Assembly (NCBI GenBank): GCA_965261395.1
Contig: OZ253462.1
Location: 3,680,001 to 3,744,000 of the forward strand
Length of the DNA stretch: 64,000 bases
Direction: 5' to 3'
DNA from: Candidatus Latescibacterota bacterium
Lineage (GTDB): Bacteria; Latescibacterota; UBA2968; UBA8231
This document shows, piece by piece, positions 38,069 to 47,975 of this stretch. Position numbers and translations under genes: made by a program. Under the pieces are notes generated by a model. It was given only the letters and a program-made list of their open reading frames with translations. It was not told where the DNA came from and did not search any database. How positions within the stretch are numbered: the first letter of the stretch is position 1; every line of letters begins with the position of its first letter.

Positions 38069-39775
38069 ATGAGGCGACTCTGGCATTGGGGGTGGGCGGC
38101 TGCGGGCATTGGGGCGCTGGCGCTGAGCCTGCGGATGGTGCATGCGTTCCAGATGTCGGCTAGTCCTCTTTTTACTATGCCGGCGGTGGACGCGGCCACC
38201 TACGCCGAACAAGCTGCCAGCCTAGCCGCGGGCAACTGGTTGGGACGCGGCCAAGGCCCGTTTTGGCAACCCCCGCTCTATCCTTATTTCCTCGGCGTAA
38301 TCAAGCTCGTATTCCCAGAATCCTTTTACCACGCATCCCGCTTTGCGCAGGCGCTAATCGGCAGCCTTAGCTGTGTGTTGCTGTACCCGATTGGACAGCG
38401 ACTTTTTGGGTCAGGCGTCGGTTTTATCGGCGGCCTCATTGCGGCGGTGTACGGGCCGCTGATCTATTTTGACGCTCGGCTTTTGCCGGCTAGTCTTGCC
38501 ACTCTTTTGACCCTTGTAAGTATCCTGCTGTTGATGCGCGCGGTCGAGCGGCCGACGAGGCTCATTTTTATAGCCGCGGGTTTTGCGCTGGGCTTGGCAT
38601 CTCTTACCGCGGCGATCCTCGCGCCCTTGATCCCGGGCGTGGCCATCTGGCTGGTCTATTGGTTGCGGAAAAAGGCCGGGCTGGCAGTCGTTGCTTTTCT
38701 GCTGGGGGCGGTGCTGGCGATTGCGCCGGTGACACTGAGAAATTACACCATCGGCGGGGATATCGTGCCGATCTCCTATAACGGGGGAGTGAATTTCTAC
38801 CTAGGGAACAACGCAGACGCCGCGCAGACGCTTGCTTTGCGCCCGGGATGGGAATGGGAGGAATTGGTTGCCCTGCCGCTGCGGGAAGGGATCACCCGCC
38901 CTTCCGCCAAGTCCCAGTTCTTTTACATGCAGGCTCTTGAGTACATGCAGAATGCGCCTCTCGATTACATGGGATTGTTGGCCACAAAAATAGCCCAGTT
39001 CTGGCGCGGCGATGAAATAGAGCGCAATCAGGAAATGTACTATTGGCGCAAGTATTCAAGTGTGCTCGCGGGTACATTGTGGAAGTGGGGGCTGGGTTTT
39101 CCCTTTGGCTTGGTAAGCCCCCTCGCGCTGTTGGGTTTGCTGGTGTACATCCGGCGGCAGGGCATTGCACCGCCGGTGCTTTTCGTCCTCGGCTATAGCT
39201 TCGCGGTCATCTCCTTTTTTGTCGCGGCGCGTTATCGCCTGCCGATTGTTCCACTGCTGATTCTGTTCGCCACGTATGGGGGAAGCTGGCTGTATGCGAG
39301 ATGGCGGCAACAATCCTTGCGCCAAGCGCTTTTGCCGACGGCCTGTCTCGCCCTCTTGGTGCTGTTGGTGAATTGGGATCTGCCAGCGATGGATGAGCGG
39401 GGCAAGGCCGCCACGCACAACGATTTGGGCAACGCCTATCTGCAACAAGGCCGCTACGAGCTGGCGCTGCTGAAATACGAACAGGCCACGCGGCTCGATT
39501 CGACGTATTGGCAGGCTTGGTTCAACCTCGGCTCACTGCGGGCGCTGCGCGGCGATTTGCGCGGTGCGCTACCCATCCTCTTGAACGTGTTGGAGCACGA
39601 GCGGGAACGCGCTGACGTGTGGAGCAATGTGGCTGGCGTCTATGTGGGGTTGGGGCAATATCAGCAGGCGGTCGAGGTCCTCGAACAGGCTGTGGTGGAG
39701 GCACCGCGTGAGGATATACATGCGGCGTTGGAGAGTGTGAACGCAATGATGGGACGACCACGAGGGACCAAGTGA
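38069..39775 (+). CDS. GT-C (family 39/PMT-like) membrane glycosyltransferase with C-terminal TPRs
   Basis: D..TY, PPLYPYFL, NGGVNFYLGNN, FFVAARYRLP, TPR repeats. Confidence 0.8.
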   Translation: MRRLWHWGWAAAGIGALALSLRMVHAFQMSASPLFTMPAVDAATYAEQAASLAAGNWLGRGQGPFWQPPLYPYFLGVIKLVFPESFYHASRFAQALIGSLSCVLLYPIGQRLFGSGVGFIGGLIAAVYGPLIYFDARLLPASLATLLTLVSILLLMRAVERPTRLIFIAAGFALGLASLTAAILAPLIPGVAIWLVYWLRKKAGLAVVAFLLGAVLAIAPVTLRNYTIGGDIVPISYNGGVNFYLGNNADAAQTLALRPGWEWEELVALPLREGITRPSAKSQFFYMQALEYMQNAPLDYMGLLATKIAQFWRGDEIERNQEMYYWRKYSSVLAGTLWKWGLGFPFGLVSPLALLGLLVYIRRQGIAPPVLFVLGYSFAVISFFVAARYRLPIVPLLILFATYGGSWLYARWRQQSLRQALLPTACLALLVLLVNWDLPAMDERGKAATHNDLGNAYLQQGRYELALLKYEQATRLDSTYWQAWFNLGSLRALRGDLRGALPILLNVLEHERERADVWSNVAGVYVGLGQYQQAVEVLEQAVVEAPREDIHAALESVNAMMGRPRGTK

Positions 39776-41757
39776 CGACTAGAGTCTGGTTTTTGCGCTT
39801 GGCGGCCTTGGGGGTCGGCGTGGCTTTGGTGGTGGGGGCCGAGGGTTTGCTGCGGCTCGTGCCGGGATTGGGGCCAGCGCCGTTGGTTGTGACCTTGGTC
39901 GAAGACGAGGCGACCGGCGAATCGCTGCACGCGACGAGTCGGTTTTATGCGCAGCGATTTTTCGCGCAATACAAGGGCCGGCTGGCCGCGGCAGGGCAGA
40001 TGGGCGAGCACTTCTTTGTGGAACCCGCGCCGGCCAATCGCTATCGAGTTGTGTTTGTCGGTGCTTCCACTGTGCAGGGTTTCCCCCATCCGCGTCGTTT
40101 GGCGGCGGCGTCCTTTTTGCAGGCGATGCTGGCGGATGCGTGGCCGGAGCGGGAAGTGGAGGTCGTCAATTTGGGCATCACGTCCATTGCTAGCTTTGCG
40201 GTGGCTCAGGTGGTGGAAGATGCGTTGATGCTATCACCGGATCTGGTCGTCGTCTATACCGGGCACAACGAATTCTACGGGTTGTACGGAGCCGGGCGGC
40301 ACCAGCGGCTACAGTACTTTTTGCGACAACTGCGTTTGACACATCTGGTGGATGGGTTGCTGGGGGGTATTGGGGCCAGGGACGAGCCGATGGATTTGAT
40401 AAAAATGGCGGCTGCGCGTGGCGAGGTACCGTTACACGGCCCCGGTCGCGCGACGGCTGAACAGAATTTGCGCGACAACTTGCGGCGCGTGGCCCGGGTC
40501 TGCGCGCGAGCACAGGTGCCGTTGGTGCTGTGTACTATTGTGGCGAATGACGCGGGATTTGCGCCGGTGGGATCGACGGAGGGGGACGAGGGGTGGAAGG
40601 CGCAGGTGGAGCAAGCGGCGCAGGTACTGACGCGGGGATACGTTGCGCCGGATGATGCTGAGGACGCGCTGCAGCAATTAGAGCAAGCGGCGGCTCTTGC
40701 GAGCGAACACGCATGGTTATGGTATTTGCAGGGTCGGGCGTTGGAGCGGTTGGGGCGGGATGCCCAAGCGCAGCGGGCCTTTCGCAAGGCGCGGGATTTG
40801 GACACCATGCCGTGGCGCGCTCCCACGGCGCACAATGCGGTAATTCGCGCAGTCGCTAAAGAGCATGGGGCTGTGTTGGCGGATGTGGAAGCTGCGTTTG
40901 CGGCTGCTGCGCCCGCGCAGGGCGTGGGTTGGGAGTGGATGGTGGATCACGTTCACTGCTCGGTTGCCGGGCAGGCTTTGTTGGCGCGGACTGTTCTCCA
41001 CAGTGTCGCCGCATTGCAGGACATTGATTTGGGGCTGCTGCGAAGTGCGGAGGCGTATCGGAGCGCGTTAGGCGATCTACCGGTGGAGCGCGTGGTGGCG
41101 TACAACAAGATGGGGGCGATGCTCGCGCAAGCGCCCTTGCACCAACACAATGGGCACAATGCGCGCTATCTAAAGCAACTGGCGGCCATGGAGGGGCAGC
41201 GGCTGTCGCTAGGGGAACGGCGTGGCGTCGAGCAGTGGATCGAGCAGGGGTGGCAGGGTCCGTTGGTGCTGGCGGTGGCGGATCAGCTTTTCACCGAGCG
41301 GGATTTTGCGCGAGCGCAGGTTCACTATGCGGCTGCGCGTCGCGAGGTGCCGTTTACGCGCCGCGGGTTGTGGGCGGCGGTGCAGTGGGCGTGGTGCATC
41401 AAGATGCAGGGGATGGCACTTACCGACGGGCAGCGGGACGAGGTGCGGGCCGCGCTGAAACAGGCGGGGTTTCTCGCGCACGATCCGGCCGTGGGCGCGT
41501 CCTTCGTCGATTTTGTCAAGGGCCAGCTCTACCATCTGCTCGCAGAACACGATCCGGCCTTGGTGCATTTGGAGCGCGCTTTTTTGGACGAGGATTTTCG
41601 CCGCCGCTATGCGTTGAGTTTGTTTCAGGCGTTGGCGTCCGAATTGGTTTGGACTGGGCGGGTGGAGGATGCGCGGGAATACGCTCGCTTGGTGGGCGGG
41701 GAGGTTGGACAGGAGGCGCATTTTTTGCGAATCGTGGAAGACCAACTGAGGCCGTAG
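39772..41757 (+). CDS. SGNH/GDSL hydrolase-like protein with TPRs
   Basis: GASTVQG, VVNLG, YTGHNEFYG and DHVH blocks. Confidence 0.75.
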   Translation: MTTRVWFLRLAALGVGVALVVGAEGLLRLVPGLGPAPLVVTLVEDEATGESLHATSRFYAQRFFAQYKGRLAAAGQMGEHFFVEPAPANRYRVVFVGASTVQGFPHPRRLAAASFLQAMLADAWPEREVEVVNLGITSIASFAVAQVVEDALMLSPDLVVVYTGHNEFYGLYGAGRHQRLQYFLRQLRLTHLVDGLLGGIGARDEPMDLIKMAAARGEVPLHGPGRATAEQNLRDNLRRVARVCARAQVPLVLCTIVANDAGFAPVGSTEGDEGWKAQVEQAAQVLTRGYVAPDDAEDALQQLEQAAALASEHAWLWYLQGRALERLGRDAQAQRAFRKARDLDTMPWRAPTAHNAVIRAVAKEHGAVLADVEAAFAAAAPAQGVGWEWMVDHVHCSVAGQALLARTVLHSVAALQDIDLGLLRSAEAYRSALGDLPVERVVAYNKMGAMLAQAPLHQHNGHNARYLKQLAAMEGQRLSLGERRGVEQWIEQGWQGPLVLAVADQLFTERDFARAQVHYAAARREVPFTRRGLWAAVQWAWCIKMQGMALTDGQRDEVRAALKQAGFLAHDPAVGASFVDFVKGQLYHLLAEHDPALVHLERAFLDEDFRRRYALSLFQALASELVWTGRVEDAREYARLVGGEVGQEAHFLRIVEDQLRP

Positions 41758-41839
41758 GGAAGTCTCGCGGCGCTTGAGCGGAAGCCGCCTGTTGGTGGTT
41801 TTTAGTCCTTCGTTTATATTTCCGCTGAGGAAACTAACC

Positions 41840-42175
41840 ATGAGCGAAAGTACCGACCCCCAAACCCGTGCGACCCCCAAACTTCAAGACCTACGTCAAG
41901 ATCTGCGTACCCGATTAGGGGCCGTCAACAACAGCATTGACGAGCTCCACCGCTCGTTGGACGACCTTATAAATGAGACCAATAATCGCATTAACGAGCT
42001 CCACCGCTCGTTGGGCGATCGTATAAATGAGACCAATGACCGCATTGACGAGCTCCACCGCTCGTTGAGCGAACAGATTCGCGCGCTCCACAAGCGCATG
42101 GACACCTATTTCCTTTGGATGATGGGCACATTGGTGGCCATGACCGGCGTCCTCATCGCCGTCATCAAGCTCTGA
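41840..42175 (+). CDS. Small coiled-coil protein with C-terminal TM anchor and 18-aa repeats
   Basis: IDELHRSL..INETN.R x2.5 (54-bp period, 41934-42068); hydrophobic C-terminus. Confidence 0.7.
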   Translation: MSESTDPQTRATPKLQDLRQDLRTRLGAVNNSIDELHRSLDDLINETNNRINELHRSLGDRINETNDRIDELHRSLSEQIRALHKRMDTYFLWMMGTLVAMTGVLIAVIKL

Positions 42176-42333
42176 GTACCCCGCGTCCCCACGCGCCTTT
42201 CTCTTGAAGCTCTATTTCCTTCCCCCGCGGCAGTTTGCCGACAACTGCTGCTCAAATTCTTCCAAGCTTGACACCTGTACCGCCGTGCGAAGCAACTGTT
42301 TGAGACGCTGCATATCTTGGACCGCCGCCGTCC

Positions 42334-42362
42334 TTGACGTTTGACGTCAAACGTCATACCTT
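42334..42362 (+). promoter_or_regulatory. Sigma70-like promoter with a perfect 22-bp palindromic operator (likely HigA site)
   Basis: TTGACG-17 bp-TACCTT; TGACGTTTGACGTCAAACGTCA at 42335-42356. Confidence 0.65.
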
Positions 42363-42471
42363 ATGTGTATCGCCTTCCCAGGCCTAACCTAACCCTAACC
42401 TTAACCCTGACCCTAACAGAAGGAAGGTACATACGTGAAAAATTTGCTCCACAAAAAAGGCAGGGAGAGCG

Positions 42472-42759
42472 ATGATATTAGATTACAAGGACAAGAGGAC
42501 CGAGCGGTTCGCTAGCGGGGAATTTGTCAAGGCATTTCAGGGTTTTGAAGAGCAGGCCGAGAAACGACTTGCAATCCTGAATGCGGCACCGTCGCTGGCG
42601 ACTTTGAGAAATTTGCGAAGCAACCGCTTTGAGGCACTCAAGGGCGCAAGAGCAGGGCAATACTCCATTCGGATCAACCAGCAATGGCGCATCTGCTTCG
42701 TTTGGCCTAGTGGCTCCTCGGGACCGAGGGGGGTAGAGATAGTGGATTACCACAAATAG
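42472..42759 (+). CDS. higB: HigB/RelE-family toxin
   Basis: NRFEALKG.RAGQYSIRINQQWRICF.W; toxin-first gene order. Confidence 0.9.
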   Translation: MILDYKDKRTERFASGEFVKAFQGFEEQAEKRLAILNAAPSLATLRNLRSNRFEALKGARAGQYSIRINQQWRICFVWPSGSSGPRGVEIVDYHK

Positions 42760-42769
42760 GAGTTTGGAC

Positions 42770-43066
42770 ATGTTCAAACGCGCCGTGCATCCGGGTGAAG
42801 TCCTGAAAGACGAGCTCGAAGAGATAGGCATCACGCCCACGGCATTTGCGCGTCAGATCAATGTGCCGCCGAACCGCGTTGGCCAGATCATTGCGGGCAA
42901 GCGGTCAGTGACGGGTGACACGGCCTTGCGGTTTGGACACTGGTTTGGGGTAGAGCCTCAATTCTGGCTGAACCTGCAGGCGCAGTTCGATCTGGTCGCC
43001 GCCGACCAACAGGCTGGCGCGGCCATACGCCGACTGCCAACCCGTGTTGCTGCTGACCACACTTGA
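42770..43066 (+). CDS. higA: HigA antitoxin (HTH)
   Basis: VHPGEVLKDEL...TALR...FWLNLQAQFDL. Confidence 0.9.
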   Translation: MFKRAVHPGEVLKDELEEIGITPTAFARQINVPPNRVGQIIAGKRSVTGDTALRFGHWFGVEPQFWLNLQAQFDLVAADQQAGAAIRRLPTRVAADHT

Positions 43067-43192
43067 TGAGCGACAATCCCTGTGACTGCCCTGGTCAGGA
43101 CTTGTCGCGTACGAACAAAAAACAGGACAAATGCCCTTCGACATTGCCCTTCGTCTATACATCATTAGTTTGAGTATTGGAAATAGGCTTTT

Positions 43193-43753
43193 TTATACTC
43201 TAGTAAGCCATTCGTCGATGTCAAGATTGGTGATCTCACAAGCCTTCAACACTATCTGTGCAGCCGCCTTAGCGTCATCAAGTGCCCGATGATGCTCAAA
43301 TACTATACCTAAATCAGCGGCAATGTTTTTAAGCCCATAACCCCTCCTACCATACCTGTCAGGCCAAGTCCGACGGGCAATCCGAACACTGTCAAGCCAA
43401 GTTACTTGAAGCTGCTCTAGTTCGTAATAATCTGTGGCTTGCTCAAATGCAGTGCGGTCAAAAGACGAATGGCTCACCAAAACAGAACCACGAAGGCGGC
43501 TGCTCAAATCGTCCCACATTTCCGGCAAAGTAGAGCTTCCCTTAACAACTTCCTCGTCGATACCGTGTATCTCAACGTTCCATGGGTCAAACTGGTCCTC
43601 TGGGTCAATGAGCGTTCTCCACTCATCTCGCACTTGACCATCTTCAACGTGAACGATCCCGATTTCGCAAATCGTTCTCCGGTCGACATTTGCCGTTTCA
43701 ACATCAATGACATTAAAAGTCAAGTTCTTAGAGTTTGATTCTTGGGTGATCAT
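43193..43753 (-). CDS. DEDDh 3'-5' exonuclease (DnaQ-like), possibly C-terminally truncated
   Basis: IDVETAN, HSSFD, HHRALDDA motifs; lower GC. Confidence 0.85.
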   Translation of the reverse strand: MITQESNSKNLTFNVIDVETANVDRRTICEIGIVHVEDGQVRDEWRTLIDPEDQFDPWNVEIHGIDEEVVKGSSTLPEMWDDLSSRLRGSVLVSHSSFDRTAFEQATDYYELEQLQVTWLDSVRIARRTWPDRYGRRGYGLKNIAADLGIVFEHHRALDDAKAAAQIVLKACEITNLDIDEWLTRV

Positions 43754-43968
43754 GGTAAAAGAGCCTTCCGCAAAAGGTGATTTAATGGAATCGTAGTCGA
43801 CATGCCGCCGCCAGAGTCGGCTAGCTCGCCGCACGCAGCGTATATGAATACAGCTTGTCCTCCGGCAAGAAGCTGAACTGGAGCGCGCGGAATAAAGCGA
43901 CCGGCCTTGACGATGGACGAACCGTCTCCTTTTTTGCCCTCCATTAATCTTGCCAAGAAGCGCGCCCC

Positions 43969-45954
43969 ATGCAAAAGAAAATCCCCACTCATTATCTCAC
44001 CCATCTCAGCGACCGCTACCTCGTGGAATTGCCTGGGTCCGGCCTGAGTTGGCGGTCTATGCTACTCGGTCTGGGGCTGGTCGTCGCCATCAGCATTGGC
44101 AGTCCCTATTCGATATGGATGGTCGGCTCGTCGGAAATGACGTGGTCGTACTTTCCCATTATCGTGGGCGCGCCGCTGTTTATCCTGGTCCTATGCAACG
44201 CGTTGCTCAAACGCGCCCTCAGCGCGGCCGAGTTGATCACCATCATCATCATGGGGCTGGTCGCCAGCGGCATGCCCATCTTCATCGTCGGCCTAATTCT
44301 CAGCATCATCTCCAAGCCCTATTACGGGGCGCTTCCCACCAACCAGTGGGCCGAATACGTCCATCCCTATCTGCCGGATTGGGCTATTCCAGACCCGGCG
44401 CACGACGCCATGCGCTTTTTCTACGAGGGCTTGCCGAGCAAAGATTTGGCCATTCCGTGGGGGGCGTGGGCCGAGCCGCTGCTGTGGTGGCTGCTGCTGG
44501 TGCTGGCCATATACTTCGTCGGCCTGTGCTCGGTGGTGGTGTTGCGCCGGCATTGGATGGAGCGCGAGCGGCTGACCTTCCCCCTGACCGAGGTGGTCTT
44601 GATGCTGACCGAAGAGGCTCCGGGATCGGCGCTGCCGCCGGCGCTCAAGACCCGGGTCTTCTGGATCGGCTTTGCCATTCCCTTCGGTCTGATCGCCTTC
44701 AACGTTCCCAGCTACTTTTATCCCGGCTTGGCGCAGGTACCCGTCTTTCGGGGATGGGCCTTTTCCCTCGTTCCCCACGCCCCGCCCATCAACCTGCTGC
44801 TGTACTTCCCGGTTTTGGGGTTTATGTATCTGGCCCCGCTGGCCATTTCGTTCAGCGTCTGGTTCTTCCATCTGCTCTACTTGGCGCAACTGGGCCTGAT
44901 CAGTCAAACGGGCCTTTTCAATTTGCGCGCCGACCCGTTTGTGTACAGTGGGACGCCCTTGTCGTGGCAGTCTTGGGGGGCCTTTGCGGCGATGGTGGGG
45001 TGGAGCTTGTGGATGGCGCGGGGTCATCTCGCGGCCGTGTGGCGCACCGCGCTGGGCCGTGCTGGGCGGATCGACGACGCCGACGAGATGATTTCCTATC
45101 GGGTCGCCGTGGGCGGCGGGTTGGCCGGGCTGTGTTTTATCCTCGGCTGGCTGTGGCGCAGCGGCTTGGACCTGCACTTGGCGGCCTTCTATCTGGTGGC
45201 CGCGCTGACGATCTTCTTGGGTATTACGCGGCTCGTGGTGCAAGCTGGTCTGCACTATTTGACGACGCCCATGAGCGCTCAGGGCATGGTCGTGGCCGCG
45301 GCTGGCTCGGCCTTGGGGCCGCAGAACTTGGTCGCGCTGGCGCTGACCTTTGCGTGGTGCAGCGATGTGCAATCCACCTTTATGCCCTCGGCAGCCAACG
45401 CGCTCAAGCTGCACGATTACTACACGCATCGTCGCAGTGGGGGGCTGGCCTTGGCTATCGGCTTGGCAGTGGTGGTCAGCTTTGTCGCGACCACCAGCTT
45501 TATGATCTACTTGTGCTACGACTATGGGGCGAGCAATCTGCGCTCGTGGTTTTTTAATGCCGCGGGAGGCGCGGGCGGCCGGGCCTTCGACTGGGTCGCC
45601 GAGCAGACGCGCAATCCCGCGCCCGTTGATTGGGACAAGCTCGGCTTGGCCGGCAGCGGGGCATTGGGCTATGTGGTGCTGGCGTTTTTGCACTACCGGA
45701 TTGCGTGGTGGCCCTTGCACCCGGTGGGGCTAGCTGTAGCCTCGACTTGGATGGTCAAGCGGATTGTGTTTTCGGTGTTCTTGGCGTGGGCCTGCAAGGC
45801 ATTGATTTTGCGCTTCGGCGGCGTGGCGCTCTACCAGCGACTCAAGCCGCTGTTTATCGGGCTGGTGGTGGGGTTTTTCTGCGGGGTTTTTCTGTCGTTT
45901 GTACTCGACTGCGTCTGGTTTAAGGGCGCGGGGCATCCGATCCTGCACGGGTGA
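43969..45954 (+). CDS. DUF6785/DUF6784-type polytopic membrane protein, paralog 3
   Basis: 661 aa; ERLTFPL, WWPLHPVG, LRFGG..Y..PLFIG. Confidence 0.75.
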   Translation: MQKKIPTHYLTHLSDRYLVELPGSGLSWRSMLLGLGLVVAISIGSPYSIWMVGSSEMTWSYFPIIVGAPLFILVLCNALLKRALSAAELITIIIMGLVASGMPIFIVGLILSIISKPYYGALPTNQWAEYVHPYLPDWAIPDPAHDAMRFFYEGLPSKDLAIPWGAWAEPLLWWLLLVLAIYFVGLCSVVVLRRHWMERERLTFPLTEVVLMLTEEAPGSALPPALKTRVFWIGFAIPFGLIAFNVPSYFYPGLAQVPVFRGWAFSLVPHAPPINLLLYFPVLGFMYLAPLAISFSVWFFHLLYLAQLGLISQTGLFNLRADPFVYSGTPLSWQSWGAFAAMVGWSLWMARGHLAAVWRTALGRAGRIDDADEMISYRVAVGGGLAGLCFILGWLWRSGLDLHLAAFYLVAALTIFLGITRLVVQAGLHYLTTPMSAQGMVVAAAGSALGPQNLVALALTFAWCSDVQSTFMPSAANALKLHDYYTHRRSGGLALAIGLAVVVSFVATTSFMIYLCYDYGASNLRSWFFNAAGGAGGRAFDWVAEQTRNPAPVDWDKLGLAGSGALGYVVLAFLHYRIAWWPLHPVGLAVASTWMVKRIVFSVFLAWACKALILRFGGVALYQRLKPLFIGLVVGFFCGVFLSFVLDCVWFKGAGHPILHG

Positions 45955-46003
45955 GCGGATTGCCATATATTGAGATTGCAATTACGAAGAAAGGTGCCTG
46001 TCG

Positions 46004-46786
46004 ATGAGTAATTCCCACTCCCTGCACGTGACTGATGCGGACGTGCAGTTCTACCGCGATCACGGTTATTTCATCTATCAACATCCGCTCTTTCCCGCCG
46101 AAAAGTTCCAGTGCTTGCAAGCCTTCTTCGCCGGCTTGTTAGCCGATTTGCCCGCGGGCAAGCGGCCAGAGGCTATGGATGTGCCGCACTTTGCCCACCC
46201 AGAGCTTTTCGAGTGGCTCCTCGCCGACGAGGTGCTCGATTTTGTCGAGGCGTTTCTCGGCCCGGACATCGTCTTGTGGTCGAGCCACTTTATCAGCAAG
46301 CCGCCCGGCGACGGCAAGCGCGTGCCTTGGCACGAGGACTCGGCGTATTGGAACGAGCGGCTTAGCGAGCACGAGGTGCTGACCGTGTGGCTGGCCATCG
46401 ACGACTCGACGCGAGAAAACGGCTGTATGCGGGTGGTGGCCGATTCGCACCGGCACGGCTTTTCCGACTATGTGGAGGTCGATCACAACACCCACGTCTT
46501 CGGGCGCGAGATCGTGGCCGAGCAAGTCGATCAGTCGCGAGTCGTCGATTTGGAACTGCGCGAGGGCCAATGCCACATCCACCACGCCAAAATGATCCAC
46601 GGCTCCAATCCCAACACCAGTGCCAAGCGGCGCTGCGGCTACACCATGCGCTACATGCCGGCGACTGTGAAAGTGCGGGGTACGGGGCCACACGCAACGC
46701 ACGCGGTGTATTTGGCGCGGGGTCGGGACCGGGCCGGCAACGAATACGCGGATCCATCGAAGCCATTTGTGCCGGGCGTTCGCTAG
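46004..46786 (+). CDS. PhyH-family Fe(II)/2-oxoglutarate dioxygenase
   Basis: PWHEDSAYW (HxD), ENGCMRV, HGS.PN...RR. Confidence 0.9.
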   Translation: MSNSHSLHVTDADVQFYRDHGYFIYQHPLFPAEKFQCLQAFFAGLLADLPAGKRPEAMDVPHFAHPELFEWLLADEVLDFVEAFLGPDIVLWSSHFISKPPGDGKRVPWHEDSAYWNERLSEHEVLTVWLAIDDSTRENGCMRVVADSHRHGFSDYVEVDHNTHVFGREIVAEQVDQSRVVDLELREGQCHIHHAKMIHGSNPNTSAKRRCGYTMRYMPATVKVRGTGPHATHAVYLARGRDRAGNEYADPSKPFVPGVR

Positions 46787-46877
46787 GGATGGACGTTATT
46801 GACCGGCACGAGTGTTACGACCTGACGCGTGAGGGCGAGCAGATGGAAGTGGACGAGAAGATTTTGAGGGCAGAGAG

Positions 46878-47855
46878 ATGAAACGCGTTATCAAACCAAC
46901 AGGGCAGTTTAATATCGAAATTGAGGAAGTGCCGGTGCCCGAGCCGGGGCCGGGGGAAGTGCGAATCAAGGCGGTGTGCAGCCTGATCAGCCGAGGATCG
47001 GAGATCGGCGCACGCTATACGCGTGAGCAAGCAGTCAGTCCCGAGATTATGGGCTATTCACTGGCGGGGGTGGTTGACGCTTTGGGGGAGGGTGTCGACT
47101 GCTACGCGGTAGGTGACCGGGTAGTAGCGCTGGCACCGCACGCTGAATACGTGGTGCGCCCAGCGGTGTTGTCTGCACCGCAGGACCAGCCGCAGGTGGT
47201 GGCGATGCTGCCTAGCGTGGAATTTGACGCGGCACCTTACTGGCCGCTGGTCTCGGGTGCGGTGACCTGGGTGGATATCGAGGAGATCGGACCCAACCAC
47301 ACGGTAGTGATTTTGGGCCAGGGACTGGTTGGGAGCCTGATGTTGCAGGTGGCCAAGCACAATGGCAAGGGTCGGATCATCGCCGTTGATGCGCTGGAGA
47401 GCCGTTGCGCGCTGGCTGAGGAGTTGGGGGCCGACGCGGTAATCAATGCCGCCGAAGAGGATCCTATTGCCGCGGTGCGTAGGCTAACAGCGGGAGCTGG
47501 TGTCGATATCGTCGTCTATGCGGTAGGCGGTCCGGCGGGGGTTAAAGCATTCGACCAGGGGTTGGATATGCTGGCCGTTGGCGGGCTATTGCACCTGATC
47601 GGGCTTTACGAGGACGCGCCTTTGCCGCTGATGTCGGGCAAGATCCAGCGCCGCAAGATCCTAGGCGGCTATTATGGACAGGGCATAGGCTCGGGGACCG
47701 CACGTCGGGCGATGGAGCTATTGCAGGCAGGAATCATTCAGACAGGGCGAATGACCACGCACCGCTTTCCTTCTTTTGCGGCGGCAAAAGCCTTTGACTT
47801 GCTCTACAACAACATGGACGAGGCGCTCGGGGTGTTACTCGACTGGGAGGGGTGA
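46878..47855 (+). CDS. MDR-family (zinc-binding-like) dehydrogenase
   Basis: SLISRGSE, GYS..G.V, GQGLVG Rossmann motif. Confidence 0.85.
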   Translation: MKRVIKPTGQFNIEIEEVPVPEPGPGEVRIKAVCSLISRGSEIGARYTREQAVSPEIMGYSLAGVVDALGEGVDCYAVGDRVVALAPHAEYVVRPAVLSAPQDQPQVVAMLPSVEFDAAPYWPLVSGAVTWVDIEEIGPNHTVVILGQGLVGSLMLQVAKHNGKGRIIAVDALESRCALAEELGADAVINAAEEDPIAAVRRLTAGAGVDIVVYAVGGPAGVKAFDQGLDMLAVGGLLHLIGLYEDAPLPLMSGKIQRRKILGGYYGQGIGSGTARRAMELLQAGIIQTGRMTTHRFPSFAAAKAFDLLYNNMDEALGVLLDWEG

Positions 47856-47975
47856 GTTGAACGCGGTAGAGCGAGAAGCTGGAACGTCAACTTTTGCAGA
47901 CCAACATGGCCGCTAGTGATACTTGTCAATTGGCGGTTTGCGGTGCAGTTTTGCTGATATAGAGAGGAGCAAACC

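Noticed and set aside
42383-42417. Eukaryotic telomere contamination
   Set aside because: Only ~35 bp, degenerate, and embedded in a coherent bacterial promoter-RBS context
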